From Candidatus Latescibacterota bacterium (GTDB lineage: Bacteria; Latescibacterota; UBA2968; UBA8231): a stretch of DNA of 64,000 bases. The notes under the pieces are model-generated. The model did no database searches and was not told where the DNA came from. It worked only from the letters and a program-made list of their open reading frames with translations. A program made the position numbers and the translations under genes. Shown here piece by piece: positions 1-8,790 of this stretch. Positions within the stretch are counted from its first letter, which is position 1. Every line of letters starts with the position of its first letter. The DNA lies in assembly GCA_965242865.1 (NCBI GenBank), contig CBDETK010000013.1, forward strand, positions 1,856,001 to 1,920,000, given 5' to 3'.

Positions 1-1761
1 GACGTATTCCGGCTCAAACAGGCCGGTCTCTGGGTTGACCTCATAAGATGTGCGCCGCAGACCACGCCCGACCACTTGCTCGCACAGCAACTGACTGGTA
101 AACGCCCGCAAACCCATAATGTGGGTGACGGTCTTAGCGTCCCAGCCCTCAGACAGCATCCCTACGGAAATCACCTTCTGTATCGGCCCCCCGGGTTTGC
201 CGATCTGCCCCACTGTGTCCACCTGTCGGCGCAGCCACTCGGCCTGCTGCTTTTTATTTCGCGCCGGCACCGGGTTGTCGTCCTCGTCCCCATTCACAGA
301 GACGAGCGGCGTCTCGGTCGCCTCGGCTGCACTAAGCACCTTAGAGTCAATGTGTAGGATGCGCTCTGGATCGCACAGGGCTTCAATGTGCATCCTGTTG
401 TGGTCAAAGGCGTATTTTACCCGCGCCGCAGTTTCGGTGCGGTTGGCGACCGTAATCATCACCGGCCGCGCCTCGATTCCTTTCTCCTCCCATGCGCTGG
501 CGGTCTCCTGCCAGTCGTAGCCGAGCAGGTGGTAGCCGTTGATCACCAAATCCGGCAGCGGCTCTTCGGGCCTAGCCTTACGGCTTAGATCGTTTTTGAC
601 CTCGGAGTCGTTGTAGATGTGATAGAGGCGAGATTTATAGGTGTGGGCGTCTGGCACCGCGTCATCGCGGACCACTACCCGGGGCGTCTTCACAAGACCG
701 GACTCAATCGCGTCGTTGAGGCCGAAATCACTGACGATCCAGCGAAACAAGGTCTCCTCTGCACTCTTATTGCCCGACGGCACAAAGGGCGTGGCGGAAA
801 AGTCATAGCAGGTGAGGATGCGCCGCGCCCGATGAATCCGGTCCAGCCCGCCGACCCATTTGGTGGCTTCCTCAATCGCGTCCTTGCTCACCCCTCGGAT
901 CTTAGACTCACAGGGTACGCGCCAAGCGTGATGCGCCTCGTCATTGACGACGAGCAGGTTGCGGGCGCGAGCCATTTCGCCCAGCACTTCGCGGACATAA
1001 GCTTCGTCGCTTTTGGCGCCGCGCTTATCGACGCTGCGCTTTTGGGCGACCTTCTCGGCGGTCTCCCAATTGAGCGCGTGCCAATTGCGGACGAGGACCT
1101 TGCCCTGCCGTAGCTTGTCGAGCAGGGACGACGGCACAATATCGAACGCCTTGTAGTAGTTGTCCGGGTGGGATGGCTCCAAGACGGCCAAGCGGTTTTT
1201 AACCGTGAGGCCGGGGGCAATCACCAGCGCGTTTTTGGCAAATCGGGTGTCTTGCGGGCAGGCGACCTTGTTGAGGATGTGCCACGCGATGGCCATGGCC
1301 ATGACGATGGTCTTGCCCGCGCCCGTCGCCATTTTGGCGCACCACCGCTGGAACGGCCCGCCATCGGGAGGGATGTCGAGGCCGACCTTGTCGGCGGCGG
1401 GTGCTTCGGTGAGATAGATAAGCGTTTCAGCGGCCTCTAGCTGACAAAAGAAAAGCCGTCGCTCATCGGCTTCTTCCCGTTCTGTCCAATGCGCGAGCAA
1501 ACGCCGGGTGATGCTGGTAGCACCTGGATACCCGCCCTCGCGCCATGCCTTGACGCGGGGACGGATTTGGTTGACCAGCGGTATTTCGACGAAATCACCG
1601 GGAGCGTCAAAGTCTTGGGAGTCTTGCGAGGCGATGAGATAGCCAGCGCGGCGGCGGCCCTCCACGAGCGAAAACGCTCGATGCTCGCGGTTGTAGCTCC
1701 AGTATCGGGTCGGTTCCTCGTAGGGCGAGTTGACGATGAGGCTCGTGGGCTTTTTAGGCAT
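1..1761 (-). CDS. res: Type III restriction endonuclease Res subunit (DEAH helicase, BPTD_3080-like family), 3' end runs off the window
   Basis: Absent from the ORF track (no stop in window); manual translation from ATG at 1761: MPKKPTSLIVNSPYEEP..., Walker A MATGAGKT, DEAH box VVNDEAHHAW, DFSATPF, MLSEGWD, QVVGRGLRR; downstream of a Mod methylase. Confidence 0.9.
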   Translation of the reverse strand, partial: MPKKPTSLIVNSPYEEPTRYWSYNREHRAFSLVEGRRRAGYLIASQDSQDFDAPGDFVEIPLVNQIRPRVKAWREGGYPGATSITRRLLAHWTEREEADERRLFFCQLEAAETLIYLTEAPAADKVGLDIPPDGGPFQRWCAKMATGAGKTIVMAMAIAWHILNKVACPQDTRFAKNALVIAPGLTVKNRLAVLEPSHPDNYYKAFDIVPSSLLDKLRQGKVLVRNWHALNWETAEKVAQKRSVDKRGAKSDEAYVREVLGEMARARNLLVVNDEAHHAWRVPCESKIRGVSKDAIEEATKWVGGLDRIHRARRILTCYDFSATPFVPSGNKSAEETLFRWIVSDFGLNDAIESGLVKTPRVVVRDDAVPDAHTYKSRLYHIYNDSEVKNDLSRKARPEEPLPDLVINGYHLLGYDWQETASAWEEKGIEARPVMITVANRTETAARVKYAFDHNRMHIEALCDPERILHIDSKVLSAAEATETPLVSVNGDEDDNPVPARNKKQQAEWLRRQVDTVGQIGKPGGPIQKVISVGMLSEGWDAKTVTHIMGLRAFTSQLLCEQVVGRGLRRTSYEVNPETGLFEPEYV

Positions 1762-2299
1762 GGTGCTCTACGCGGGCTGCGGCTTCAGTTGAACTTAGAA
1801 TCTCGGATTTTTTATTGGGGCGGTGTCGGCGCGTGTTTCGCAACAGGGTTTTTCGACGCTCTGATCTCTCTCTTGGGTCGCCTTCGATTATGTGCCTTCT
1901 GTCGTTTGTTATGAGAATTCGGTCGCTCTTAAACGCCGCATAGACAATAATCCTGTCAACCGCTTCGTTTTCTGTAATGACTCCTTTGATGGCCGTCATC
2001 AACGGATCATTATTGGATACACTGACTCTCTTTCTATTCCCGATCTGAAATACGATCCAAGATCGAAGTAATAGCAATTGTTGTATGTTTTTATCCGCAG
2101 TATTTCTAAGCATAGGTTCGATTCTATTTTTGTATTCATTTTCAATTCTTTTTTTATCGTCAACGATTAAACCAACTCTATCTTTCGTCAAAGTTACCAA
2201 CAGCGTATCTATATGATTGTTGGTGTTCTCTTGCGGATTTAGCAGATGCTCAAATACATTCGTATCAATAGCAATATAATCGCAGGTGAGTTTATTCAT
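1754..2299 (-). CDS. PIN-domain protein (putative ribonuclease/toxin effector)
   Basis: N-terminal IAIDTNVF motif, central E (ENEY), C-terminal EAVDRII...ILITNDRRH acidic residues match PIN fold pattern; AT-rich; overlaps both neighbours. Confidence 0.7.
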   Translation of the reverse strand: MNKLTCDYIAIDTNVFEHLLNPQENTNNHIDTLLVTLTKDRVGLIVDDKKRIENEYKNRIEPMLRNTADKNIQQLLLLRSWIVFQIGNRKRVSVSNNDPLMTAIKGVITENEAVDRIIVYAAFKSDRILITNDRRHIIEGDPRERSERRKTLLRNTRRHRPNKKSEILSSTEAAARVEHHA

Positions 2300-3651
2300 G
2301 TTCTGGCTCCGAGTTCCAAGCCTTCGATTATGTCGGCACCGAAAAACTCCATCGGCAATCCTTCCTGCATGGCCCCATCGGAATCAATATCCAGATTTTT
2401 TACGATCGGCTTTCCCTCCTCATTGTCAAAAAAAGCAACCGAGACATCTTCTAGTTTGAGGTCGCCTTTGGCAATGAGACGGCGGAGTCTCAATAGTATA
2501 TTTCCGCTATGGGTTTCAATTATTGACCCAACCTTGCGTCTTTTCCATAGATCGGCGAAGTAGCTACCCATCTCCAACTGCGACGTGGGATGCAACTGAG
2601 CTTCAGGCTCTTCGACCATCATTTGCGTGTACGGCTCCATAAGAACGCCCTGCACGAGGACGGGAATGACTTGACTTACTCCAAAGCCAAACTCTGACAG
2701 GTACGAACGAGCCTTGGTTTTGCTATTGGTCGCCAAAGCCGTTACGTGACTCAAAGCTCCAAGAGTCTGCCCTTTGAACTCAAGGCTTTCCACATCGACG
2801 AGCGACTCTAAATACATGGACAAGATATCAGATCGACGGTCGGGCTTTTCCATTAGTCTGTGAAGATGGGGAATTGCGTACTCTCCATTTTGTCCCACAG
2901 AATCATCTGGAGGCGTTGCCAACTCAACGACTCGGCGGAACGAGACGCGGGTTGGTGAAATATGTTTTATACTTGCTATTTCCTCTACGAGTGCTAAAAA
3001 GTAGATGTGCATACCTAGATTCTTACGCATTTCTGAAGCTATTTTGTAAGGATCTTTCTTACGAAGTAATCTTTCTTTATCAAACATTTTATCGACTCTA
3101 GTAATCTCATTTATGAACGACAAGGAGGTTTTTCTAATTTTCTCTTTTCGTTCATCTTGGAACCCTCCATTGCTTTTTACCTCTATTCTCAGGTCTCCCA
3201 TCCTTACTTTGTTGTAAGGAACACTAGCCGTAACTGTAAAATCCGCTTGTGGCTCTGGACGAATCTCAGTCCGTTGATCCGGTTTAGGCCCTCTCTCTGC
3301 TCCGTCAGTGTGCGCCCTTTTCTCTATCCTTTCTGGCGTTGCTTCGATTGGTTTCGATAGCTTATCTATCGGCAGCTTAGAGGTATGAATATCCAGTTCA
3401 AAGTGCAGAAATTTCTTTTCGCTTACAGAATTTTTCAAGCTCTTGAAGGATCCCAGCTTAACCCGTTCCCCTTCGGGGTTTAGAAATTCCGCAGCAGAAT
3501 CATTCCTCGACTGCTGGAGCATCAGCAAGAAGTTAATGACCGACGATTTCCCTGCGTTGTTTCGTCCGATCAAAACCGTAATGGGACGAAAGCGCACGGT
3601 AACTTCGTCGTCAAATAGCCGAAAATTGGACAGCTTCAGTTCTCTTATCAT
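2296..3651 (-). CDS. ABC-type (AAA_15/AAA_21-like) ATPase with DUF3696-like C-terminus
   Basis: Walker A GRNNAGKS, signature-like EFGFGVSQ, Walker B/D-loop MMVEEPEAQLHP, H-loop IIETHS, C-terminal LDIDSDG..GLPMEFFG. Confidence 0.85.
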   Translation of the reverse strand: MIRELKLSNFRLFDDEVTVRFRPITVLIGRNNAGKSSVINFLLMLQQSRNDSAAEFLNPEGERVKLGSFKSLKNSVSEKKFLHFELDIHTSKLPIDKLSKPIEATPERIEKRAHTDGAERGPKPDQRTEIRPEPQADFTVTASVPYNKVRMGDLRIEVKSNGGFQDERKEKIRKTSLSFINEITRVDKMFDKERLLRKKDPYKIASEMRKNLGMHIYFLALVEEIASIKHISPTRVSFRRVVELATPPDDSVGQNGEYAIPHLHRLMEKPDRRSDILSMYLESLVDVESLEFKGQTLGALSHVTALATNSKTKARSYLSEFGFGVSQVIPVLVQGVLMEPYTQMMVEEPEAQLHPTSQLEMGSYFADLWKRRKVGSIIETHSGNILLRLRRLIAKGDLKLEDVSVAFFDNEEGKPIVKNLDIDSDGAMQEGLPMEFFGADIIEGLELGART

Positions 3652-6269
3652 TGCATTTCTCGCGGTATAACTTCAATGACCTTCAGGCTCTCAATGCCCC
3701 TGTCATCTACGATCTTGACGGCGATCCGTCTGTGTTCCCCGAGTTCAAACGGCAGGGACATAGTCCCCCGGTAGGCTTCGATTAGTTCCTCGTCGATCTC
3801 GGCTTTTAGATTTCTCGCCAATTTTGCCCAGCCGCCTTTGGCATCGGTCATGGGGAAGAACACTTGGCGCGGGAACAGGCTGCGCCCGTCGTAATCAGTG
3901 TCGAGCATCCACACGGCAATTTGGTCCTCGCCACCGGATTCTACATTGCCATTCTTGGTATTGTAGTAATCAAAGCCGTGGACGATCACTTCCCACTTGC
4001 CAGCGTCCGGCCCCCGGTGTATCCGCCCGATCTCCACATCGGGCTGGCCGATGAGCCAGAAACTCTCGTTGCTGGCCCGCTGCTTTTTGAGATCGTCAGT
4101 GAGCAAATCCGCATTCATCTGCGCCTTGAGCAGGGTTACGCCAGGCCAGCGGGTTTCGTCGATGTCCTTGGACGCCTCCGGGTCAAACTGGAAAGCCGCA
4201 AAGACTATGATCGTAGGACGGGGGACGAGAGTCTGCGCTTCTTCAATGGCCTGTGCCACTTGGCGTTGTTCGAGCGGCGCGTGTTCCGGCCCAAAAGAAA
4301 CCGCGACGCGCTCCGGCTTATAGGCTGTTCCTCCTTCTTGGACTCGTTCCGCTCCGGCATCGTCGGGCCGAGTCTCGCCCTCAACGTGCAACCACCGCGT
4401 ACCCGGCAGCGGCTCCAGCCGCGCAAAGGAGATACGCTGCCCGGCCTTGCCGCGAATACCTGTCTTCATCAACTCGTCGCGCCAGTCGCCTTGGCGCTGC
4501 GTTTCACCCGACCGCCCGATGGATTCGTCGGCGGGCAACGGGGCGGCCTCCTGCGCGGCAATTTCGTCAATGGATTTAACGGCAGGAGCAGGCACGGCCT
4601 CAACAGTAAACGGGCCGGTGACGCGCATTCTCCTTTTATCTACCTGCGGCTGGTCGTAGAGGGTTTCCGGCGGCGCGTGGCGGTCAATGGCCGCGTCGAT
4701 TTGCGCCCGCGTCATACCCTCTTTGATGTCCGGGTTGTTGGCGATGGACCTGAGCGTGATGTGGGGTACGGTCTTGTACTTGAAGCCGGTGCCGACGCCT
4801 TCTTGCGGACGCGCCAATTCGTAATAGTCGTAGAGCGCGGTCATCAAACGCTGTTTGGCGAGGGTGAGGGCGACGCGAGAGGTATCGCAGGTGATCCAGC
4901 GTCGGCCCCATTGCTCGGCGACGTAAGCGGTGGTGCCGCTGCCACATGTTGGGTCGAAGACGAGGTCGCCCGGGTCGGTGGTCATTAGGAGGCAGCGTTG
5001 GAGGGGCCGAACGGATGTCTGTACGCTGTACAACTTGTTGATCTCTGGCCCTGTGTCCATCCAGACCGCTGTTAGTTCCTGCATTGGAAAATCGTCGAAG
5101 TAGCGAATTGCTCGGAGTACAGTCTTTTCTTGAGTCAATCTGCCCGCATCGCCTAGACGCTTGAAACCATCTGCTGAATAACGCCAACTTCCAGCAGGGA
5201 TTGTCCATTTTTGACCGGCGAACTCGCGAGGCGTTTTTGGTCCCTCGCTCTTTGAGTGAAGTGGTGCGGTAATGAATGGACGAAGGTGCGAATCAATATT
5301 TTCGGGATTTGACCTTTCACTATCTGTCATTGGTCGACGCTGTTCATCTATTTCTTCAACCATGCGGAACAGAGCCGTATCTATTTCCGACTCGACGAAC
5401 AACCGATGAAATTTCATGCGCTCCTTGTCTTGTGCATACCAAAGAATATAGTCGCTGATGCGCCGGGGTGCCCGAACCTGGCTCATGCCACCTGTCGTTT
5501 TATACGTAATCAAACTCACAAAATTCTCCACCCCAAACACCTCGTCCATCAAACACCGCACCAGATGCACATTCTCGTCACTGATCTGCACAAAACACGA
5601 ACCGCTTTCCGCTAGCAACTCCCGCGCCAACAACAAGCGGTCGCGCAAATAACTCAGATACGAATGAATGCCCAACTCCCACGTATCGCGGAAGGCGCGT
5701 ATTTGCTCCGGCTCGGTAGTCAAATCGGCGTCCCTGCCGTCGCCCACAGTGCGCTTGTTGACAAAGGGCTGAAAATTGGACCCGTACTTAATCCCGTAAG
5801 GCGGGTCGATGTACACCATCTGCACCTGTCCGCCAAGCCCTTCCTTTTCCAGCAAGCTGTTCATCACCAACAGACTGTCGCCCGCAACCAGCCGATTGGT
5901 CCAATTGTGCCGATGCTTGTAGAACTCAATGGCTTGCCGGATCGGCGGATTCTCCTCGGGCGCGGCAAACAGCGATAACTGCGGCTCGGTGCCGTTATGC
6001 TTCCTGACCGCCTCGACAATGCTGCGCGGGTCAATCCGCTCGTGGACATGCAGCGACACCGTCGGCACCTCAAACGAGGTGTGCTCGGCCTTGCCGGCCC
6101 AATCGAGCTGCGGCTCCAAGTGTGGATCGTAGGCGTAGGTCTTCTCACTATCATCCTTGTCCGTATCCGGCGTAACCAAGCCGACCGGAGGATTGTTCAC
6201 GCGCTCCTTGTCCCGATGATCATAGGACTCAATCGGACGCTTAACGGGTGGTTTCTTTCTCGATGCCAT
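3648..6269 (-). CDS. mod: Type III RM Mod subunit, beta-class amino-methyltransferase
   Basis: Motif IV YIDPPYG precedes motif I VFDPTCGSGTT (beta order); LVAGDSL; start chosen at ATG 6269 (MASRKK). Confidence 0.92.
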   Translation of the reverse strand: MASRKKPPVKRPIESYDHRDKERVNNPPVGLVTPDTDKDDSEKTYAYDPHLEPQLDWAGKAEHTSFEVPTVSLHVHERIDPRSIVEAVRKHNGTEPQLSLFAAPEENPPIRQAIEFYKHRHNWTNRLVAGDSLLVMNSLLEKEGLGGQVQMVYIDPPYGIKYGSNFQPFVNKRTVGDGRDADLTTEPEQIRAFRDTWELGIHSYLSYLRDRLLLARELLAESGSCFVQISDENVHLVRCLMDEVFGVENFVSLITYKTTGGMSQVRAPRRISDYILWYAQDKERMKFHRLFVESEIDTALFRMVEEIDEQRRPMTDSERSNPENIDSHLRPFITAPLHSKSEGPKTPREFAGQKWTIPAGSWRYSADGFKRLGDAGRLTQEKTVLRAIRYFDDFPMQELTAVWMDTGPEINKLYSVQTSVRPLQRCLLMTTDPGDLVFDPTCGSGTTAYVAEQWGRRWITCDTSRVALTLAKQRLMTALYDYYELARPQEGVGTGFKYKTVPHITLRSIANNPDIKEGMTRAQIDAAIDRHAPPETLYDQPQVDKRRMRVTGPFTVEAVPAPAVKSIDEIAAQEAAPLPADESIGRSGETQRQGDWRDELMKTGIRGKAGQRISFARLEPLPGTRWLHVEGETRPDDAGAERVQEGGTAYKPERVAVSFGPEHAPLEQRQVAQAIEEAQTLVPRPTIIVFAAFQFDPEASKDIDETRWPGVTLLKAQMNADLLTDDLKKQRASNESFWLIGQPDVEIGRIHRGPDAGKWEVIVHGFDYYNTKNGNVESGGEDQIAVWMLDTDYDGRSLFPRQVFFPMTDAKGGWAKLARNLKAEIDEELIEAYRGTMSLPFELGEHRRIAVKIVDDRGIESLKVIEVIPREMQ

Positions 6270-6425
6270 ATCAATCAACTTACCTATTTCTTAAAGAGTA
6301 TTACAACCACACCATCTGTCTGATACGGACCGCAACGTCTAAACCTATCGGCAAGGGACGACACGAGGAATTTCAAGACCGCCGCAGCGCGTCAATGAGC
6401 TGTCGCGCATGAGTAGAGGCTTCCA

Positions 6426-6482
6426 TCACCTTACTTGGGTCCAAGAGTCTCCACCGCCTTCGACATATACCCTGACGCTCAC
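6426..6482 (-). pseudogene. Truncated N-terminus of a DUF4276/TOPRIM-like protein (MSVRVYVEGGGDSWTQVR*)
   Basis: GTGA overlap with the upstream ATPase stop; VYVEGGG resembles the TOPRIM-like start of DUF4276 proteins that usually follow such ATPases; TGA after 18 codons. Confidence 0.6.
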
Positions 6483-7696
6483 CAAGGGTTCCCCCCAATC
6501 TCGCCGCTGCTCCAGAGTTCACCGAGCCGGTAATCCTCCAACCAAGCGGCCATTTTCTCTTTATCGAGACGGCGCATCACAGTCTGCCCGTCGCGCTTTT
6601 CGCAAACCACGATACTCCACCATTCATTGGTCAGGGCATCGACGAGCAGATCCGAATGGGTCGTTACAAGCAACTGGCTGCGTTCGGACGCTTCGAGCAA
6701 CAGCCGGCTCACCGTCGGCAGTATGTCCGGGTGCAGGCCCAGTTCGGGTTCCTCAATACATATCAGGGGCAGCGGCTGTGGGTGGCAGAGAATGGCCAGC
6801 AAGCAGAGGTAACGCAGCGTACCGTCCGAAAGGCGGGTGGCCGGTATGACCATGTCGCCTTCCAGTAAGAACAATTGGACCGTGCTACCTTCAATGTTGA
6901 CGTAGAAATCGGTTATGCCCTCGTAGAATTTGCTTAAAGCGTCCAGCAGATGCCGCTTTACCGCTGGCTCGCCTTGGAACCTGTTTAACACCAAGGCTAA
7001 GTTTTTGCCGTCCTCTTGCAGGAAATCGTTGGGAAGGTCGGCCTTCTGTGGCAACCGCAGTGGGGAGTCTCGCCCAAGCGACCACTCGCGATAAATGCGA
7101 ATGCGGCTCAAGGTTTCGCCGAGGTACGTTAGTTCGGGGAGGTCGGGATCTTTGCGTTGGGACAGAATGGACTGGTCCAGTTTGACCTCTTCGGGCCGCA
7201 AGTCGTATTGGCCCAGCCTAAGACGAACATGAGGGTACTCCGCTTTTACGGTAGGCCCCAAGCCGGTCTCATCCCTGTAAGTGATAAACGCCTGCCCACC
7301 CTTCTGATTGTAATAGATATACGGCTCCGCATGTCCTTCATTACTCTGTTCGTTCTCTATCCGCTCTTCGGTCAATTCAAACCGCTGACCGCGCTCGGCA
7401 AAACCCAGCCGATAGCGCAACGCCTGCGGTCCTTGCGGGTTTTCCACAATGGCCTCAATGTGGGCCACTGAACCCTCCGGTTTTCCCCGCCAGATCCAAT
7501 CGTGGATGCCTCCGCCCGCACGAATAGGCGCGGGCAAATCTCGCGGTGCCGAGCGAAGGAGATCAATTCCCTCTAGCAGATTGGACTTCCCCGAACCATT
7601 GGGGCCGATCAGAACATTTAGCCGCTTGAGTTCGATCGCTTCAGAGTCCGGGCCGAATGAGAGAAGGTTGGTCTGTTTGATACGACGAATGAGCAT
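6479..7696 (-). CDS. ABC-type (AAA_21) ATPase, defence/TA-associated type
   Basis: Walker A GPNGSGKS, signature LSDGT, Walker B ICIEEPELGLHP, VTTHS, C-terminal LGELWSSGEIGGNPW; start ATG 7696 after GAGGGG RBS. Confidence 0.88.
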   Translation of the reverse strand: MLIRRIKQTNLLSFGPDSEAIELKRLNVLIGPNGSGKSNLLEGIDLLRSAPRDLPAPIRAGGGIHDWIWRGKPEGSVAHIEAIVENPQGPQALRYRLGFAERGQRFELTEERIENEQSNEGHAEPYIYYNQKGGQAFITYRDETGLGPTVKAEYPHVRLRLGQYDLRPEEVKLDQSILSQRKDPDLPELTYLGETLSRIRIYREWSLGRDSPLRLPQKADLPNDFLQEDGKNLALVLNRFQGEPAVKRHLLDALSKFYEGITDFYVNIEGSTVQLFLLEGDMVIPATRLSDGTLRYLCLLAILCHPQPLPLICIEEPELGLHPDILPTVSRLLLEASERSQLLVTTHSDLLVDALTNEWWSIVVCEKRDGQTVMRRLDKEKMAAWLEDYRLGELWSSGEIGGNPW

Positions 7697-7703
7697 ATTC
7701 CCC

Positions 7704-8759
7704 TCAGTCCAGCCGTACCTCCCCACCGGCCTCTTGGCTCCGGTAAATCCCATCGAGAATTTTCATCACCTGTAGGGATTGCTCCGGCGGCACCGGCGAG
7801 GGCCGTCCCTCGGCAATGGCCGTGGCGAACTCCACGCATTCCTGCGCGTGGGCTTCGAGGCCATCGTACATCAGCATGAGCTTGCGGTCGTACTGCTGGC
7901 GGGTCTGGTTGTTGCTCTCGCAGATTGAGCACTGCGGCCAATGCGCCCCGCCGCGCGTGCCGTAGAGCCACATCTGCATGTCCTCGCCTTGCACCGGGTG
8001 GTGCAAAAGCCAACTCGTCTCCAGCATCAGCGTCGCGCCGTTGTCAAAGCGCACAAAGGCCGCGGCAAAATCCTCGACATTGTAGTGCGGGGGAATGGAC
8101 TGGCGGCCCCATTGGCTAAAAGCCCCTTCTTGGTGCGCCAATTCAGCGCGGGCCACGCCCGAAATGGCCACCGGCTCGGGATGCCCCATAAACCACAAGG
8201 TCAGGTCGAGGATGTGAACCCCGATGTCGATGCAGGGGCCGCCGCCGCTGTGCTCCTTGAGAATGAACCCGTCGCCGATCGGCGCACCGGCCCGGCGCAG
8301 CATCCAACTGCGGGCGTGGTAGATCGCGCCGAGGGCGCCCGCGTCTAGCTCGGCTTTTAGCGCGCGGGACGAACCCTGAAAGCGAAAGTGCTGCGCGGTC
8401 ATTAGCTCCTTGCCCGAGGCATCGCGCGCCGCGATCATCTGGCGCACCTCCGCGGGCGTGGGGGCCAACGGCTTTTCGCAGATCACGTGCTTGCCGGCCG
8501 ACAGCGCGGCAATGGCCAACGGAGCGTGATACATGTTGGGGGTGCAGATGTCGATGATGTCGATCTCGGGGTCGCTGAACAGCGCGGCTGGGTCGGTGTG
8601 CAGCTTGGCGATTCCGTTTTCTGCGCCAAAGCGCTGCAGCGCGTCCTCGCTAATGTCGCTGCCAGCGACCAACTCGGCTTCGTTGGAAGCCTGCCAGCCG
8701 GGGAGGTGGGTGCGGGCAATACCGCCAACGCCGACGATACCTACTTTGAGCGTACTCAT
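7704..8759 (-). CDS. Gfo/Idh/MocA family NAD(P)-dependent oxidoreductase
   Basis: VGIVGVGGIA Rossmann motif, CEKP, GGGPCIDIGVH. Confidence 0.92.
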   Translation of the reverse strand: MSTLKVGIVGVGGIARTHLPGWQASNEAELVAGSDISEDALQRFGAENGIAKLHTDPAALFSDPEIDIIDICTPNMYHAPLAIAALSAGKHVICEKPLAPTPAEVRQMIAARDASGKELMTAQHFRFQGSSRALKAELDAGALGAIYHARSWMLRRAGAPIGDGFILKEHSGGGPCIDIGVHILDLTLWFMGHPEPVAISGVARAELAHQEGAFSQWGRQSIPPHYNVEDFAAAFVRFDNGATLMLETSWLLHHPVQGEDMQMWLYGTRGGAHWPQCSICESNNQTRQQYDRKLMLMYDGLEAHAQECVEFATAIAEGRPSPVPPEQSLQVMKILDGIYRSQEAGGEVRLD

Positions 8760-8790
8760 GGTTTGTCCTTTTTGGGTTGTGGTTTGAACT

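Noticed and set aside
76-1914. Several short ORFs in the track at the window start
   Set aside because: All overlap the long minus-strand res frame, which the track missed because it has no stop in the window
3864-4988. 374-aa plus-strand ORF
   Set aside because: Antisense shadow of mod
1-7700. Prophage, integron or IS origin for the defence island
   Set aside because: No integrase, transposase, att site or terminal repeats seen in the window; the left boundary lies outside it
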